Position numbers and translations under genes: made by a program
Source of the DNA: an uncultured virus (IMG/VR IMGVR_UViG_3300030060_003999)
Lineage: Duplodnaviria; Heunggongvirae; Uroviricota; Caudoviricetes
Reading direction: 5' to 3' (one strand)
DNA length: 64,000 nucleotides
IMG/VR virus record: IMGVR_UViG_3300030060_003999
Coordinates: 1 to 64,000 of that record
Shown here: piece by piece, positions 1 through 9,700 of the stretch
Layout: every line of letters starts with the position of its first letter
How positions within the stretch are numbered: position 1 is the stretch's first letter
Notes under the pieces: generated by a model
The model's input: the letters and a program-made list of their open reading frames with translations, nothing else
Database searches by the model: none
Told to the model about the DNA's origin: nothing

Positions 1-2
1 TT

Positions 3-164
3 GCTGATTCCGATTCAGTATGGCTTGATTGGGATAAAAATGAAACTCAAAAGCATTCTCGTTTTACAGTCTATAATAACTACAATACACCTCATTGTGA
101 TAGACTCATTAGCGAAGGATTTTGTGTAGGTAAATGTTGGAGGTATTCAAATGCTAATAATTGA
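3..164 (+). CDS. C-terminal end of a primase large subunit (PriL)-like protein, truncated by the window edge
   Basis: Own translation from nt 3: ...YNTPHCDRLISEGFCVGKCWRYSNANN*. The Y-x-x-P-x-C..G-x-C-x-x-x-C pattern resembles the Fe-S domain of archaeal PriL, and it lies directly upstream of nuclease and helicase genes. Confidence 0.6.
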   Translation, partial: ADSDSVWLDWDKNETQKHSRFTVYNNYNTPHCDRLISEGFCVGKCWRYSNANN

Positions 165-840
165 TTCAAGAGAAAATTCAAAACTTTCTAAACTCGTTGT
201 GCAAAAAGCAAAAGCACTTAAAATTGAATATGAAGTTAAGTGGCTTGAAATAGGCGATTATGTTTTTGATGATGTTTGTTTTGAAGCAAAATCAGCAACG
301 GACTTTTTAGGTTCAGTATTATCTAAAAGATTGTGGACTCAAATAGATAATATGGATAGACACTATCAAACAAATGTTGTCATTATTTATGGCGATATGC
401 AAGAAGCAATTATGAATGTAATTGAACACTCTCCCAGTAATATGCCAATAGGAACAAGAAGCATTAGATTAAATAATAAGTTCTTAGGAGCAATAGGGAG
501 AATTGTCTTAGATACTGATGTAAAACCTTTTTGGGTTCAAACAGAAGAAGAAGCATCCTTGATTATAACAGCAATAAGTAAAATGAAACCATTAACAAGA
601 GAAACAATAGCACCACAGATATTTAAAAGAATAACAACAGATGATATGAGAATTGACCTATTAAGTAGCGTCAAAGGAGTATCAATTAAAAAAGCAAAAC
701 AATTAATAAAACAATTCGGCTCTATTATGGAAATTGGCGAGTGTTCAGTATTTGAATTACAAGCCATAGAAGGTATCGGAGAAACCTTAGCCAAAAGAAT
801 AATCTCCACATTAAACTCAGAAGAGAAGGTGAAAATATGA
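151..840 (+). CDS. ERCC4/XPF-family structure-specific nuclease with C-terminal helix-hairpin-helix motifs
   Basis: IIDSRE, LEIGDY and FEAKS..DF nuclease motifs; tandem HhH motifs (VKGVSIKKA, IEGIGETLA). Confidence 0.9.
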   Translation: MLIIDSRENSKLSKLVVQKAKALKIEYEVKWLEIGDYVFDDVCFEAKSATDFLGSVLSKRLWTQIDNMDRHYQTNVVIIYGDMQEAIMNVIEHSPSNMPIGTRSIRLNNKFLGAIGRIVLDTDVKPFWVQTEEEASLIITAISKMKPLTRETIAPQIFKRITTDDMRIDLLSSVKGVSIKKAKQLIKQFGSIMEIGECSVFELQAIEGIGETLAKRIISTLNSEEKVKI

Positions 841-2375
841 ATAACGATGAATTTAACGAAGACCTCTATGATGGAGATATTGAAGACGAATATATGGACG
901 CATTGGAAGAAAATGCAATTGCGTTTAGTGAAGCCCTACCTGCAATTGTAAGAGAGTTTCAAGCATCAGCAGTAGAAGTATCACACTATAATGATATTCC
1001 TGCCGCTATTTCTTTCTTTAATATCTTAGGACAGATAACAAAAGACTTTATTAGAATACCAAATGGAAGAAGCATTGAAGACTCAAGAGTGCATTTTTGT
1101 TGGGTTCAAACTAGCGGAACGGGGAAATCAACATTATGGAATTTTGTTGGGCCAGTTGCTAATAAAACATTTGAATTAATTAATGCTAAGGGAACACATC
1201 CTTCTTTGCATACTAATTCAGATAATGAGTATGTTGATGATATTATGGCAAGAAATTTTGATACTTTCGGAGTAACTGATTATACTGATTCTGTATTGAT
1301 TGGTGGTTGGGGAGAAGAAAAAGTAATGGAAACTAATGAGGAAACTTTTGAAGAAAAGTGGACTGGTGAAATGAAACCTAAAAGAAACGCAGGTTTGTTA
1401 GAAGGAAGCGGATTGGCACATTGGGATGAATTTGAATATTCTGGTATCTTTAAGCAAAGTCAGCATCAAGATAAGGCTATTGTTTATTTGAATACATTAA
1501 TGAATACATTAGCAGGAGAATCTTGGAAAATATCAAAGGCTCTAAGTTCCTATGATAATAAGATTATGGAGTGCTTTTGTGAGCGTTCAGTAATTGCTAT
1601 GACTTATCCTCCAAATAATCTAAATGAAGTAATGGCTGAAAAAGGTGTGCTTCAAAGAATGCTTTTGTATGTTTGGGAAGTTCCTAAGTTTATTCAGCAT
1701 AAAATGAGGTTAGAACAGATTGATAAGGCAGGAACATTAGAAGAAGTTAATCAACCAGTTGATAGATTCGCAAATGCTCTATTCAAGATTTATGAATTAG
1801 TTGAAGAACGGTTTAACGATGTGGGCGGTAATGCTCTCAATGTTATGTCTTATTCACCTGATTTTAATGATGTATTGAAATTAGAGTATCAAAACATGAA
1901 CAACTATCTTTGGAACACAAGAGGCGAGGTTGCGGAAATTGCATCAAATTTTACTACCCGTTTGCTTAAAATTCTAATTAAAATGTCTGTTCTTTGTAGT
2001 GTTGCTTCTGCTCCATCAATCAAAGATAAAAGCCAAAGATTCAATGTTTCGGGGCATAATGTTCGCCAAGCAGCAACTATTGTCCGACAATGTTATATGA
2101 CATTGGTTGATTGGCTAGAGCGAAGCCTACGGGTGAAGCGACATAGTATTGCTGAAAACTCGCTTGAATCAGTCTTTATTAATGTTTACAAGAACATGGA
2201 GAAAGATGAAGAAGGATATGTCAATAAGTCATTATATTTTAAAGCAATTAAAGACAAGGCAAAGAAATCTCAAGCGCAGATATACAGACATTTTGAAAAT
2301 GTAAAACATAGATTTGAAGAAATGTATATTAGTCGTTCCAAGTATATTAGATTAGCAAAAGGTGATGAAGAATGA
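837..2375 (+). CDS. MCM-like AAA+ ATPase / replicative helicase
   Basis: Walker A SGTGKS, Walker B AHWDEFE, Arg-finger-like VLQRM, sensor-2-like TTRLL and a C-terminal winged-helix-like region. No obvious MCM N-terminal Zn/OB domain. Confidence 0.7.
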   Translation: MNNDEFNEDLYDGDIEDEYMDALEENAIAFSEALPAIVREFQASAVEVSHYNDIPAAISFFNILGQITKDFIRIPNGRSIEDSRVHFCWVQTSGTGKSTLWNFVGPVANKTFELINAKGTHPSLHTNSDNEYVDDIMARNFDTFGVTDYTDSVLIGGWGEEKVMETNEETFEEKWTGEMKPKRNAGLLEGSGLAHWDEFEYSGIFKQSQHQDKAIVYLNTLMNTLAGESWKISKALSSYDNKIMECFCERSVIAMTYPPNNLNEVMAEKGVLQRMLLYVWEVPKFIQHKMRLEQIDKAGTLEEVNQPVDRFANALFKIYELVEERFNDVGGNALNVMSYSPDFNDVLKLEYQNMNNYLWNTRGEVAEIASNFTTRLLKILIKMSVLCSVASAPSIKDKSQRFNVSGHNVRQAATIVRQCYMTLVDWLERSLRVKRHSIAENSLESVFINVYKNMEKDEEGYVNKSLYFKAIKDKAKKSQAQIYRHFENVKHRFEEMYISRSKYIRLAKGDEE

Positions 2376-2602
2376 AATGGGAAAACACATATTTAGTTTT
2401 TGAAGTAAGTAAAGGGCCAAAAGTAATTATTGATACATTAAATACTTATGGTGATGATGGTTGGGAATGTTGTTCACAACTCATTGTAGCAAATAAACAG
2501 ATTGTTTGTTTCTTAAAGAGAAGAACTGACATAGATGAAGAACCTAAAATTAACAAAGAAGAAGAAAAGATTTCCAAACTTTGGTCTAATGCAGGGGAAT
2601 AA
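2372..2602 (+). CDS. small hypothetical protein (DUF4177-like)
   Basis: MKWE...LNTYGDDGWEC...FLKR pattern; GGTGA RBS; ATGA overlap with the upstream gene. Confidence 0.6.
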   Translation: MKWENTYLVFEVSKGPKVIIDTLNTYGDDGWECCSQLIVANKQIVCFLKRRTDIDEEPKINKEEEKISKLWSNAGE

Positions 2603-2604
2603 TA

Positions 2605-3198
2605 ATGTCAATTTTAGCAATTGACATTGAAACCAAAAATATGTCTTATGACATTGGTGGATTTGGAAATACTCATATGTTTCAAGTATCAACTGTTGCT
2701 ACTTGGGATGGAAATAACGGCACAGTTTATGTAGATGAACCTGTTAATTCCTTTGCTAAAAGCGGTCATGTTGTTAAATCACTTAGAGAACTCAAGTATG
2801 ATTTAGATGACCACTTTCAAAAGGGAGGACTTCTTTTAGGACATAATATCGCTGCTTTTGATTTACCTATTCTAAGAGATTCTATGGATATTTTTTGCAT
2901 TAATAAATACATTAATGAAAAACAATACATTGATACTTCTAAGATTCTTCTTAAAGAACATGGAGAGCGTTTTCAATTGAAAAATTTAGTTAAATGCACA
3001 ATGAATGATGCTAAATTGATGGATAGTGCTGACGCACCTAAATTATGGAAAATGGGTAAGTTTGATGAAGTAGTTGATTATTGTATGAAAGACACGCAAT
3101 TAGTCTATGACTTATGGCAATATGGACAGAATAATGGAATAGTAAAAGCCTTTTCTATGGAAAAGGGAGAACATTTAGATTTGGAGGTGAAATGGTAA
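2605..3198 (+). CDS. DEDD/RNase H-like 3'-5' exonuclease
   Basis: AIDIET (ExoI), GHNIAAFDLP (ExoII) and YCMKDT (ExoIII) motifs. Confidence 0.85.
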   Translation: MSILAIDIETKNMSYDIGGFGNTHMFQVSTVATWDGNNGTVYVDEPVNSFAKSGHVVKSLRELKYDLDDHFQKGGLLLGHNIAAFDLPILRDSMDIFCINKYINEKQYIDTSKILLKEHGERFQLKNLVKCTMNDAKLMDSADAPKLWKMGKFDEVVDYCMKDTQLVYDLWQYGQNNGIVKAFSMEKGEHLDLEVKW

Positions 3199-3347
3199 TG
3201 ACTGGTTGGGAATGGTTCGGCTTGTTTGTATTTCTCGTCATCTTAATGCTTCTATTTTTTGCTGCTTTCGGTGGAACTTCGGTTACTGATGAAAGTGTTG
3301 AAGAATACATGAAGCGTTTAATGGGCGAAGATAAGAACATTAAGTGA
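3198..3347 (+). CDS. small single-pass membrane protein (49 aa, not in ORF track)
   Basis: MTGWEWFGLFVFLVILMLLFFAAFGG...; perfect GGAGGTGA RBS at 3183-3190; TAATG overlap. Confidence 0.7.
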   Translation: MTGWEWFGLFVFLVILMLLFFAAFGGTSVTDESVEEYMKRLMGEDKNIK

Positions 3348-3351
3348 TGAC

Positions 3352-3504
3352 ATGGGATTAAAACAAAAATGTGTCTACTGTAATGAATATACAGTAGCAA
3401 AAAGACTACTAGGCTTTTATGTAGGTTCTACCGAGCAAGTAAAATTGTGGGAATGTAGGTCTTGTAAAGGCATATGGTCTGAAAAGACTGTTGGGGGGCA
3501 ATAG
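3352..3504 (+). CDS. small zinc-ribbon protein (50 aa, not in ORF track)
   Basis: MGLKQKCVYCNE...LWECRSCKGIWSE with two CxxC pairs; last gene before the terminator. Confidence 0.7.
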   Translation: MGLKQKCVYCNEYTVAKRLLGFYVGSTEQVKLWECRSCKGIWSEKTVGGQ

Positions 3505-3530
3505 CCCCTCAACTTTTTTTTTGGTTTTTT
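3490..3530 (+). terminator. hairpin plus poly-T terminator at the convergence of the replication and late modules
   Basis: GTTGGGGGGC-AATA-GCCCCTCAAC stem followed by TTTTTTTTTGGTTTTTT. Confidence 0.75.
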
Positions 3531-3556
3531 GACCCTGAGTGGAAATTTGTTCGGAT

Positions 3557-4279
3557 TTATTGAACTATAAAATCTAAATAAAACGATTGTTTAGTTGTTT
3601 CAGCAGCATTAGCAGGGTTACCTGTTGTTAAATTAACATTTCCTGCTTTAGTTACAACAGTTGCAGTAATCTGAAATATTAATTCTCCTGAGTTAATAGG
3701 ATGCGGAAGTCCACCAACCATATTAGAATTAAAAAGAAGTTCTATTGGATTACCTGCAAAATTGGTTTGAAACATAGGCGGTTGATTACCTTGAACCGTT
3801 GGAGAACTAACTTGTATAAACCCTTGTGCAACTAAATTATGTAAATCAACTACCACACTAATTGTATAATCAACACTACCTATTGCTAACCCTGTCGGGT
3901 TATAAATCGCAACATCTGGCTCTAAATGCATATCAATATTACGACAACTTATGGGTAATGTTATGTTTAAAGCAGGATTCCCAAAAGGATAAGGGCTATC
4001 AAAAGAAATTCCTCTTAATGTTCCTGTAATATAATCTCTTACTTCGTAATGACTAATAGTAGTGCCATTTATATCTTGTATGGCTTGGCCTGTATTAAAA
4101 TTATCTAAACCAAATGAACAGTTAGGTTGTGTTAATCCACTATTTGTAATGTTTGAATAATGGGCTTTACCTAGAATAGCAAATGGGCTTATTGGAGGTA
4201 ATGCACCTCCACCTCCACCGCCTAAACGCTTCTTTTTAGCCTTTAAGCCTTTAGTGACAAGAAACAAAGGATTATCCAT
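3557..4279 (-). CDS. hypothetical, probable virion/tail-associated protein
   Basis: Last ORF of the tail operon; basic N-terminus, poly-Gly linker, beta-rich body. Confidence 0.5.
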   Translation of the reverse strand: MDNPLFLVTKGLKAKKKRLGGGGGGALPPISPFAILGKAHYSNITNSGLTQPNCSFGLDNFNTGQAIQDINGTTISHYEVRDYITGTLRGISFDSPYPFGNPALNITLPISCRNIDMHLEPDVAIYNPTGLAIGSVDYTISVVVDLHNLVAQGFIQVSSPTVQGNQPPMFQTNFAGNPIELLFNSNMVGGLPHPINSGELIFQITATVVTKAGNVNLTTGNPANAAETTKQSFYLDFIVQ

Positions 4280-4283
4280 TTAA

Positions 4284-6368
4284 TCACCCAATAACTTCCC
4301 AGTTTCTATCGCCAGTATAAATAACTGTTTTACCATTTCCTGCTGCTATTGCTATTGGTGCAGTCGTAGCAGAAGCAGATAATTCATAAAATTCATCTTG
4401 TGCAGACATTAAACTAGCAGCAAAAGAACTAGCCATATGTGCTTCACTACCGCCTAAAGTGATTCTATCAAGGTTTGCTGTTCCTGTTTTAACTAAAAAG
4501 GAGTATTGTGTTCCTATTGGTGGATGAGAAGGCAACATTATATTATTAGTTCCTACACATATGAAAGTAGTTCCTGTCATCCAAACAGGTATATGAACAA
4601 ATGAGTTTGCTAATACCGATACATTAGCAAAACCAGCAGAACTCGTAACGCTCTTTAAAAACCACATTCCAGTTACTCCTGCTGGCCCAGTTGGGAAATT
4701 CCATAAACCTTGTTGATTAAATACATCTTGTTGGTGAGTTCCAGGAGTTTCGGCTGTTATCTCTAAAGCAGAAATAGTAATTGTTTCTCTTGGTTTTACA
4801 AGAATTGCATCCAAATCTCCACCTGCCATAGTTAAATGAGAATAAAAAGCAGATGCCCCACATAAGATTTTACTCATATTAACACACCGAGTATTTCCTA
4901 TATGTTTAAGCGACCCAGTTACATGAGTTGAATTCCAGACTCCGCCGTTTATTCTTCTTCTTTCTGCATATTGAGAAGGGTCGCCAGCCCCTTCATTTCC
5001 AACTAAAACATACATTCCATACGCAGTAATATTGGTAATACTAATAGTTTTTGCTATGTGGGTTTCAGGTCTTTGAATACCAATAAAGAAAGTATTACCG
5101 CCAAATACAGTATCAACGGGATAAATATGACTAGTAAGATTCCCTGCTACTCTATTTGTTTCATTTGCTACTGTTAATAATTGAAATTCACCAGTTGCAC
5201 CTGTTGGACTTTCTGCTACACCATTAGCGTGTGTAGCATCTGTTTGAGTATCTAAACCAACATAATAGTGTTCTTTAGAACAATCAATTAGATTAGCAGG
5301 AGTTAATGCTTCTAATACACCAACATGACCGTGAGTAGTAATACCATGTCCACCTAAAGCATCAGCCGCTAATTGCTGTGATTGGGTGTATTTACCTCCA
5401 TTAGAGATTCCTCCTTGTCCAGCACCAATAGAAACGGCTGAAACAGAACCGCTTGGTGCAGTAATGTTATTTCCAGTAGTTGTAATTAAACCAGATGTAG
5501 TAAGAGTTGTTCCAGTAATTGCGCCATTAATAGCCAAAGTAGAACCATCAAAAGTAGCATTCGCTTCTGCATTATGTTCATCTGCTACTGCCGTTGCAGT
5601 TAGTATTCTATTATTTGCATTATTTGTAATAGTATTTTTTGTTAATACTTTAGATTGAGCAGTAACCGAACCAACTGATGTAATAGCCCCGCCAAATATT
5701 GCTACTTCATCATCCATATCAAAAGTAACTGCATCAATAATTGTTGGCCCAGCAGATTTCTTTCCCTTAATTCTTATTTCTCCATCAGCAACAGTATTTT
5801 GAATAGTTAAATGTGCATGACTAGAAGTAATATCCACTCCTGTTCCACTAACTTGAATTGTCGCTGCTTCTGTATATGTAGCGGATGAATTATCGTGAGC
5901 AATACTAAGAGAGTTTTCAGTTTTATTAAAAGTAAGAAATTGTATTTGCATAGGGTCATTACCAGTATGAACTAAAACTGCAATAATTACATCATCTGCT
6001 GTATAAGGAGGCACTAAATCAGCAGCAGTTGGACTTCTAAGCGTTAAATTAGTTGTTCCAGTAGCATTAACTAACAAATGATAACCATTAGTATAACTTG
6101 TTCCAATAGTGACTGTTGAACCAGTAACATCTATTTTTTTTCCTTGCCTAAAAACTACACCATTAGCAAATGTAGCCTGTGTAGTATTTACACTAGAAGC
6201 ATTAAAGCCACTAGTAGCATAATTACCTATAACTCCTTGATTTAATGTTTTAAGTAATCCAGTATGGGGAAAGTCAGCACCATCTGTTAATTGAGGCGCA
6301 GTTATCGCAGGATTTTCTGCTTCGTCTTGTCGTCCAAATGCTTTTGGGTTATTTAATGTTTTACTCAT
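4284..6368 (-). CDS. probable tail fibre / receptor-binding protein
   Basis: Thr/Gly/Ala-rich beta repeats; fibre-like NNANNRILTA...AEANATFDGSTLAING segment; distal position in the tail operon. Confidence 0.65.
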   Translation of the reverse strand: MSKTLNNPKAFGRQDEAENPAITAPQLTDGADFPHTGLLKTLNQGVIGNYATSGFNASSVNTTQATFANGVVFRQGKKIDVTGSTVTIGTSYTNGYHLLVNATGTTNLTLRSPTAADLVPPYTADDVIIAVLVHTGNDPMQIQFLTFNKTENSLSIAHDNSSATYTEAATIQVSGTGVDITSSHAHLTIQNTVADGEIRIKGKKSAGPTIIDAVTFDMDDEVAIFGGAITSVGSVTAQSKVLTKNTITNNANNRILTATAVADEHNAEANATFDGSTLAINGAITGTTLTTSGLITTTGNNITAPSGSVSAVSIGAGQGGISNGGKYTQSQQLAADALGGHGITTHGHVGVLEALTPANLIDCSKEHYYVGLDTQTDATHANGVAESPTGATGEFQLLTVANETNRVAGNLTSHIYPVDTVFGGNTFFIGIQRPETHIAKTISITNITAYGMYVLVGNEGAGDPSQYAERRRINGGVWNSTHVTGSLKHIGNTRCVNMSKILCGASAFYSHLTMAGGDLDAILVKPRETITISALEITAETPGTHQQDVFNQQGLWNFPTGPAGVTGMWFLKSVTSSAGFANVSVLANSFVHIPVWMTGTTFICVGTNNIMLPSHPPIGTQYSFLVKTGTANLDRITLGGSEAHMASSFAASLMSAQDEFYELSASATTAPIAIAAGNGKTVIYTGDRNWEVIG

Positions 6369-6369
6369 T

Positions 6370-6744
6370 TTATTCCACCTCTAATGTTAAATATATTTGT
6401 AGTCTTTCTGTTGTGCTAAATGGGCCAACTCCATCAAAATTTATTCGTGTTAATAAATTTCCTGCGCTATCAAAAACTCCCATTTCTCTAATAACTTCTC
6501 CTTGAATATTTGAGCCTAAAACTTCAACAAATAATTGTAAAACATTAGTTGTTGTTTTTTCAGCACTTATGCTAGTTCCTGCTCCAGTATCTACATCAAT
6601 ACCTATTGCAGCAGGTGAAGTAGAATTACCTCCTAAACCAACCTTTGCTGAACCTGCGCTTATTGATGCGCCATGAAAACTTCCGCCTTTGATTAGGGTT
6701 TTAGCATAATCAGTCAATAGTTCTTTCATTTTATCAGTTATCAT
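6370..6744 (-). CDS. probable tail-tip / fibre-attachment protein
   Basis: IREMGVFDSAGNLLTR motif, typical of phage fibre-base/collar domains. Confidence 0.55.
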   Translation of the reverse strand: MITDKMKELLTDYAKTLIKGGSFHGASISAGSAKVGLGGNSTSPAAIGIDVDTGAGTSISAEKTTTNVLQLFVEVLGSNIQGEVIREMGVFDSAGNLLTRINFDGVGPFSTTERLQIYLTLEVE

Positions 6745-9700
6745 AAATCTTCCTCAATTAATTTAGTGATTGTGATTACTCCACCCGAAAATCCTAGTGG
6801 GTTGGTGTTCGTATTTAGAGTTGTCGTAAAGCCAAGTGAAGAACCGCTTTGGTGTCTTTTTCTAATAAGAAGATGCATTTCTTTTATATTAACTTCATCA
6901 AAGAAATCAAAAGCACTATCATTTACATTGAATTCTTGATTTCTTAAATAAGATTTAGTATCTTTACTATCCGTAATTAGTTTAGTCAAGGTATCTTCTA
7001 AGCCTTCAATATATCTGCCTACTTTAAAATTAATTTTACCTGCAAAAGAATGAGTCATTTCTAAAACTAAATATCTAAATCTTTCTAAACCTGCTGCTTT
7101 AGATTCTAATTCTACAATATCCCCTACTGTTATAGTTTTAACTTTTGAAGACTCTACATCAAATGAAACTACATTATTAATAGAAGAATGAATAGCCAAT
7201 AAACGAGATGCTTCGTCATCAACAGATTCCTGCGTGGTTAATTTTTCATCAAATATATTTAATGATTTTTTTCCTCTTTTTTTGATTTCTCTTGGAGATT
7301 TTCTAACTGCTTTATGTTTATTTCCATACAAAGTAATATCATTAGCATAGCCAAATTTAGATTTTTCTACTTCTATTTCAACAATATCATCATCTGTAAA
7401 ATAGTATTTTGAAATATAAGCGGAATCATCTTCGGAAACTATCTGAATTGTTCCTGAAACATCTACCATTTTTTTGTTTTTTAGGCTCAATAAGTATTTT
7501 ACTATATTAAATAAACTAGTTCCTTGAAAGTTAGGACTAGTAAAGATAGAATAATTTTCTTTAGTGAGAACAAAATCAATATCATTTTCTATTAATAGTT
7601 CTTCTATTGTATTTTCTACTTCTTTTGATATGTCAATAGTTGTTCCTATTAATGCTCTATTTGCATCGTTTGTAATATCTCCATTAACTGTCAATTCAAA
7701 TGTTTCTGAAACAGAAGCAACTCCATCTATTTTTCTCATACTAGATATTTCTAAATATTTACCGATATCATCATCAATTATTTCAGATTTCATAGAAACA
7801 ACTATGTTATTATTTCCATCACTAATATTGAATTCACCTTTAATTCCTGTTAAGACATTATTAAGCCCTGCTTTTGTTTTTACAATAGTATTATTTTCTC
7901 CGCTAAGATTGTCCATGTCTACTATTACATACATAGACTGGACTCCTTCGGAATTAGATTTATTTTCTCTTGTTCCTACTGTTGTTGGTTTTTGTTCCCA
8001 TGCGGAAGGAGGACTTAGCATTTCGTCTTTATCCATAGATTTAGTGTATTCTGAACTTAAAGTATTTAATCTTATTTTTTTAGGGGATTTATCCCAAAAA
8101 CATATAGGATTTGGTTGCATAATTTTATACATTTTATTTACTTCTAGGCCTTCATCTGTTAATAATACACACTTATCATCAGTTCCAGTATTACTTATAT
8201 CATATTCATGTGAAACAACATATATAATTTTATTATCTTCGGGTGTTAATTGATGATTACTTGCTACTGATGAAGAGTTAGTTGTTCCTTCACCATCATA
8301 AAATGTTCCTTCTTCTGCTGGAACTAAATAACAACCAGTTAAATCTAAATTTTTAATAATTCTTGTGGATTCTGTCGTAGTAAATGAATTTTTATATAGA
8401 GTTGTTCCTTTTATTCCTTTAACACTATCATTTGAAACAGAAGATAATTTAAGGTGAGGTTTAAATCCTAGATAAACCCCCGCAACATCGGTATTACTAA
8501 TTCCATATTCTTCAGTTGTAGTATAAGCAGGATAAACTAACATATTCCCATTACTATCAGTAGAATTAAAACTCTTAAATACTGCTCCTAATGTTGCTTT
8601 ATTTAAGAAAGGAGAAGTTTGCCCTTGCTTTGAATTATCATTTCCTTCACTTGACATGGGTTTGAGATTAACTGCTTTTAATAAATCTCTTAAGTGATTA
8701 TTAGAAGTATTGCTTCCCTCTCCTAAATCAAGACCATTCAAGAAAGAAATAAATTCTGATTGCTCTAAATTAGTTGTTCTCTTTGTAACATCAAATGTAT
8801 CAAATTCATCAAAAGCCGTTGAACCTGCTCCAATTGAAGTATTATATTGGATAAAACCATCGGGTCTTGTTCCAAATCCAATATCGGTTGGGTGAAGAAA
8901 AGAAAGACCTTGAAAACCGATTGGTAAAATTACAGACATAATTCCATGATTAGTTCCTTTTCTTAAAGCCCTTCTTGTTGTTGTATTTGCAGCAGAATTA
9001 TTATTTCCGTCTGCTTCATGGCGATAATGGGCTATCCAATCAGAAGGAGAATCTTCTCCAGCAAAAACACCCTTTAACATATGAATATCGTTTCCTTTAG
9101 AATTATTTGCTAATGCAGTATTCACAGGGAATAATATAGTTTCTTGTTCACCTCTTCCAACAACCTTTACTATATCTCCTAAAAATCTAGTTGGTGTCGG
9201 ATTTAGCCAGTATTTTTTAATTAATCCTACTTCTTGTCCAGCAGGAACATAACCATCATGTCTTGTAGCATTTCCAGCCGCAACTCCAGAAATTACAATA
9301 GTATCATTACTTACTGTTGTTGTTGTAACTGAAGCAACAGTTCCAATAACATATCCTGTTGTTTTATCAAATAAAACATCAAATTGGTCTACATTATCAA
9401 TACTTGCATTAAAGATAATGTCTTGGTTAAAATCATGAGTAATAATTGTTCTATTGCTTCCGCCTCCTTTTACTACTGTTGTTTCTGTTGCTAACATAGG
9501 AAAACTTTCAACAACTTTACTTGAAGAAACATCAAATTCTGCATTGATTATATTAAATGCAAAATCCATCACTACATCAGTTAATCTCATTAAGCCGAAT
9601 CGCTTTAAACTAGATAAATCCTTACTACTACTAATAATACTAGATTGAGCATAGTCTTGGTCTAAATTACTTACTCTTGAAGTTTCTCCTACTACATTAG

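Noticed and set aside
7564..8253. 229-aa + strand ORF and the many other antisense ORFs in the track (e.g. 16089-16523, 17034-17609, 30225-30710, 61220-61684)
   Set aside because: They are shadow frames opposite long, well-supported genes, with Ser/Phe/Ile-rich composition and no RBS.
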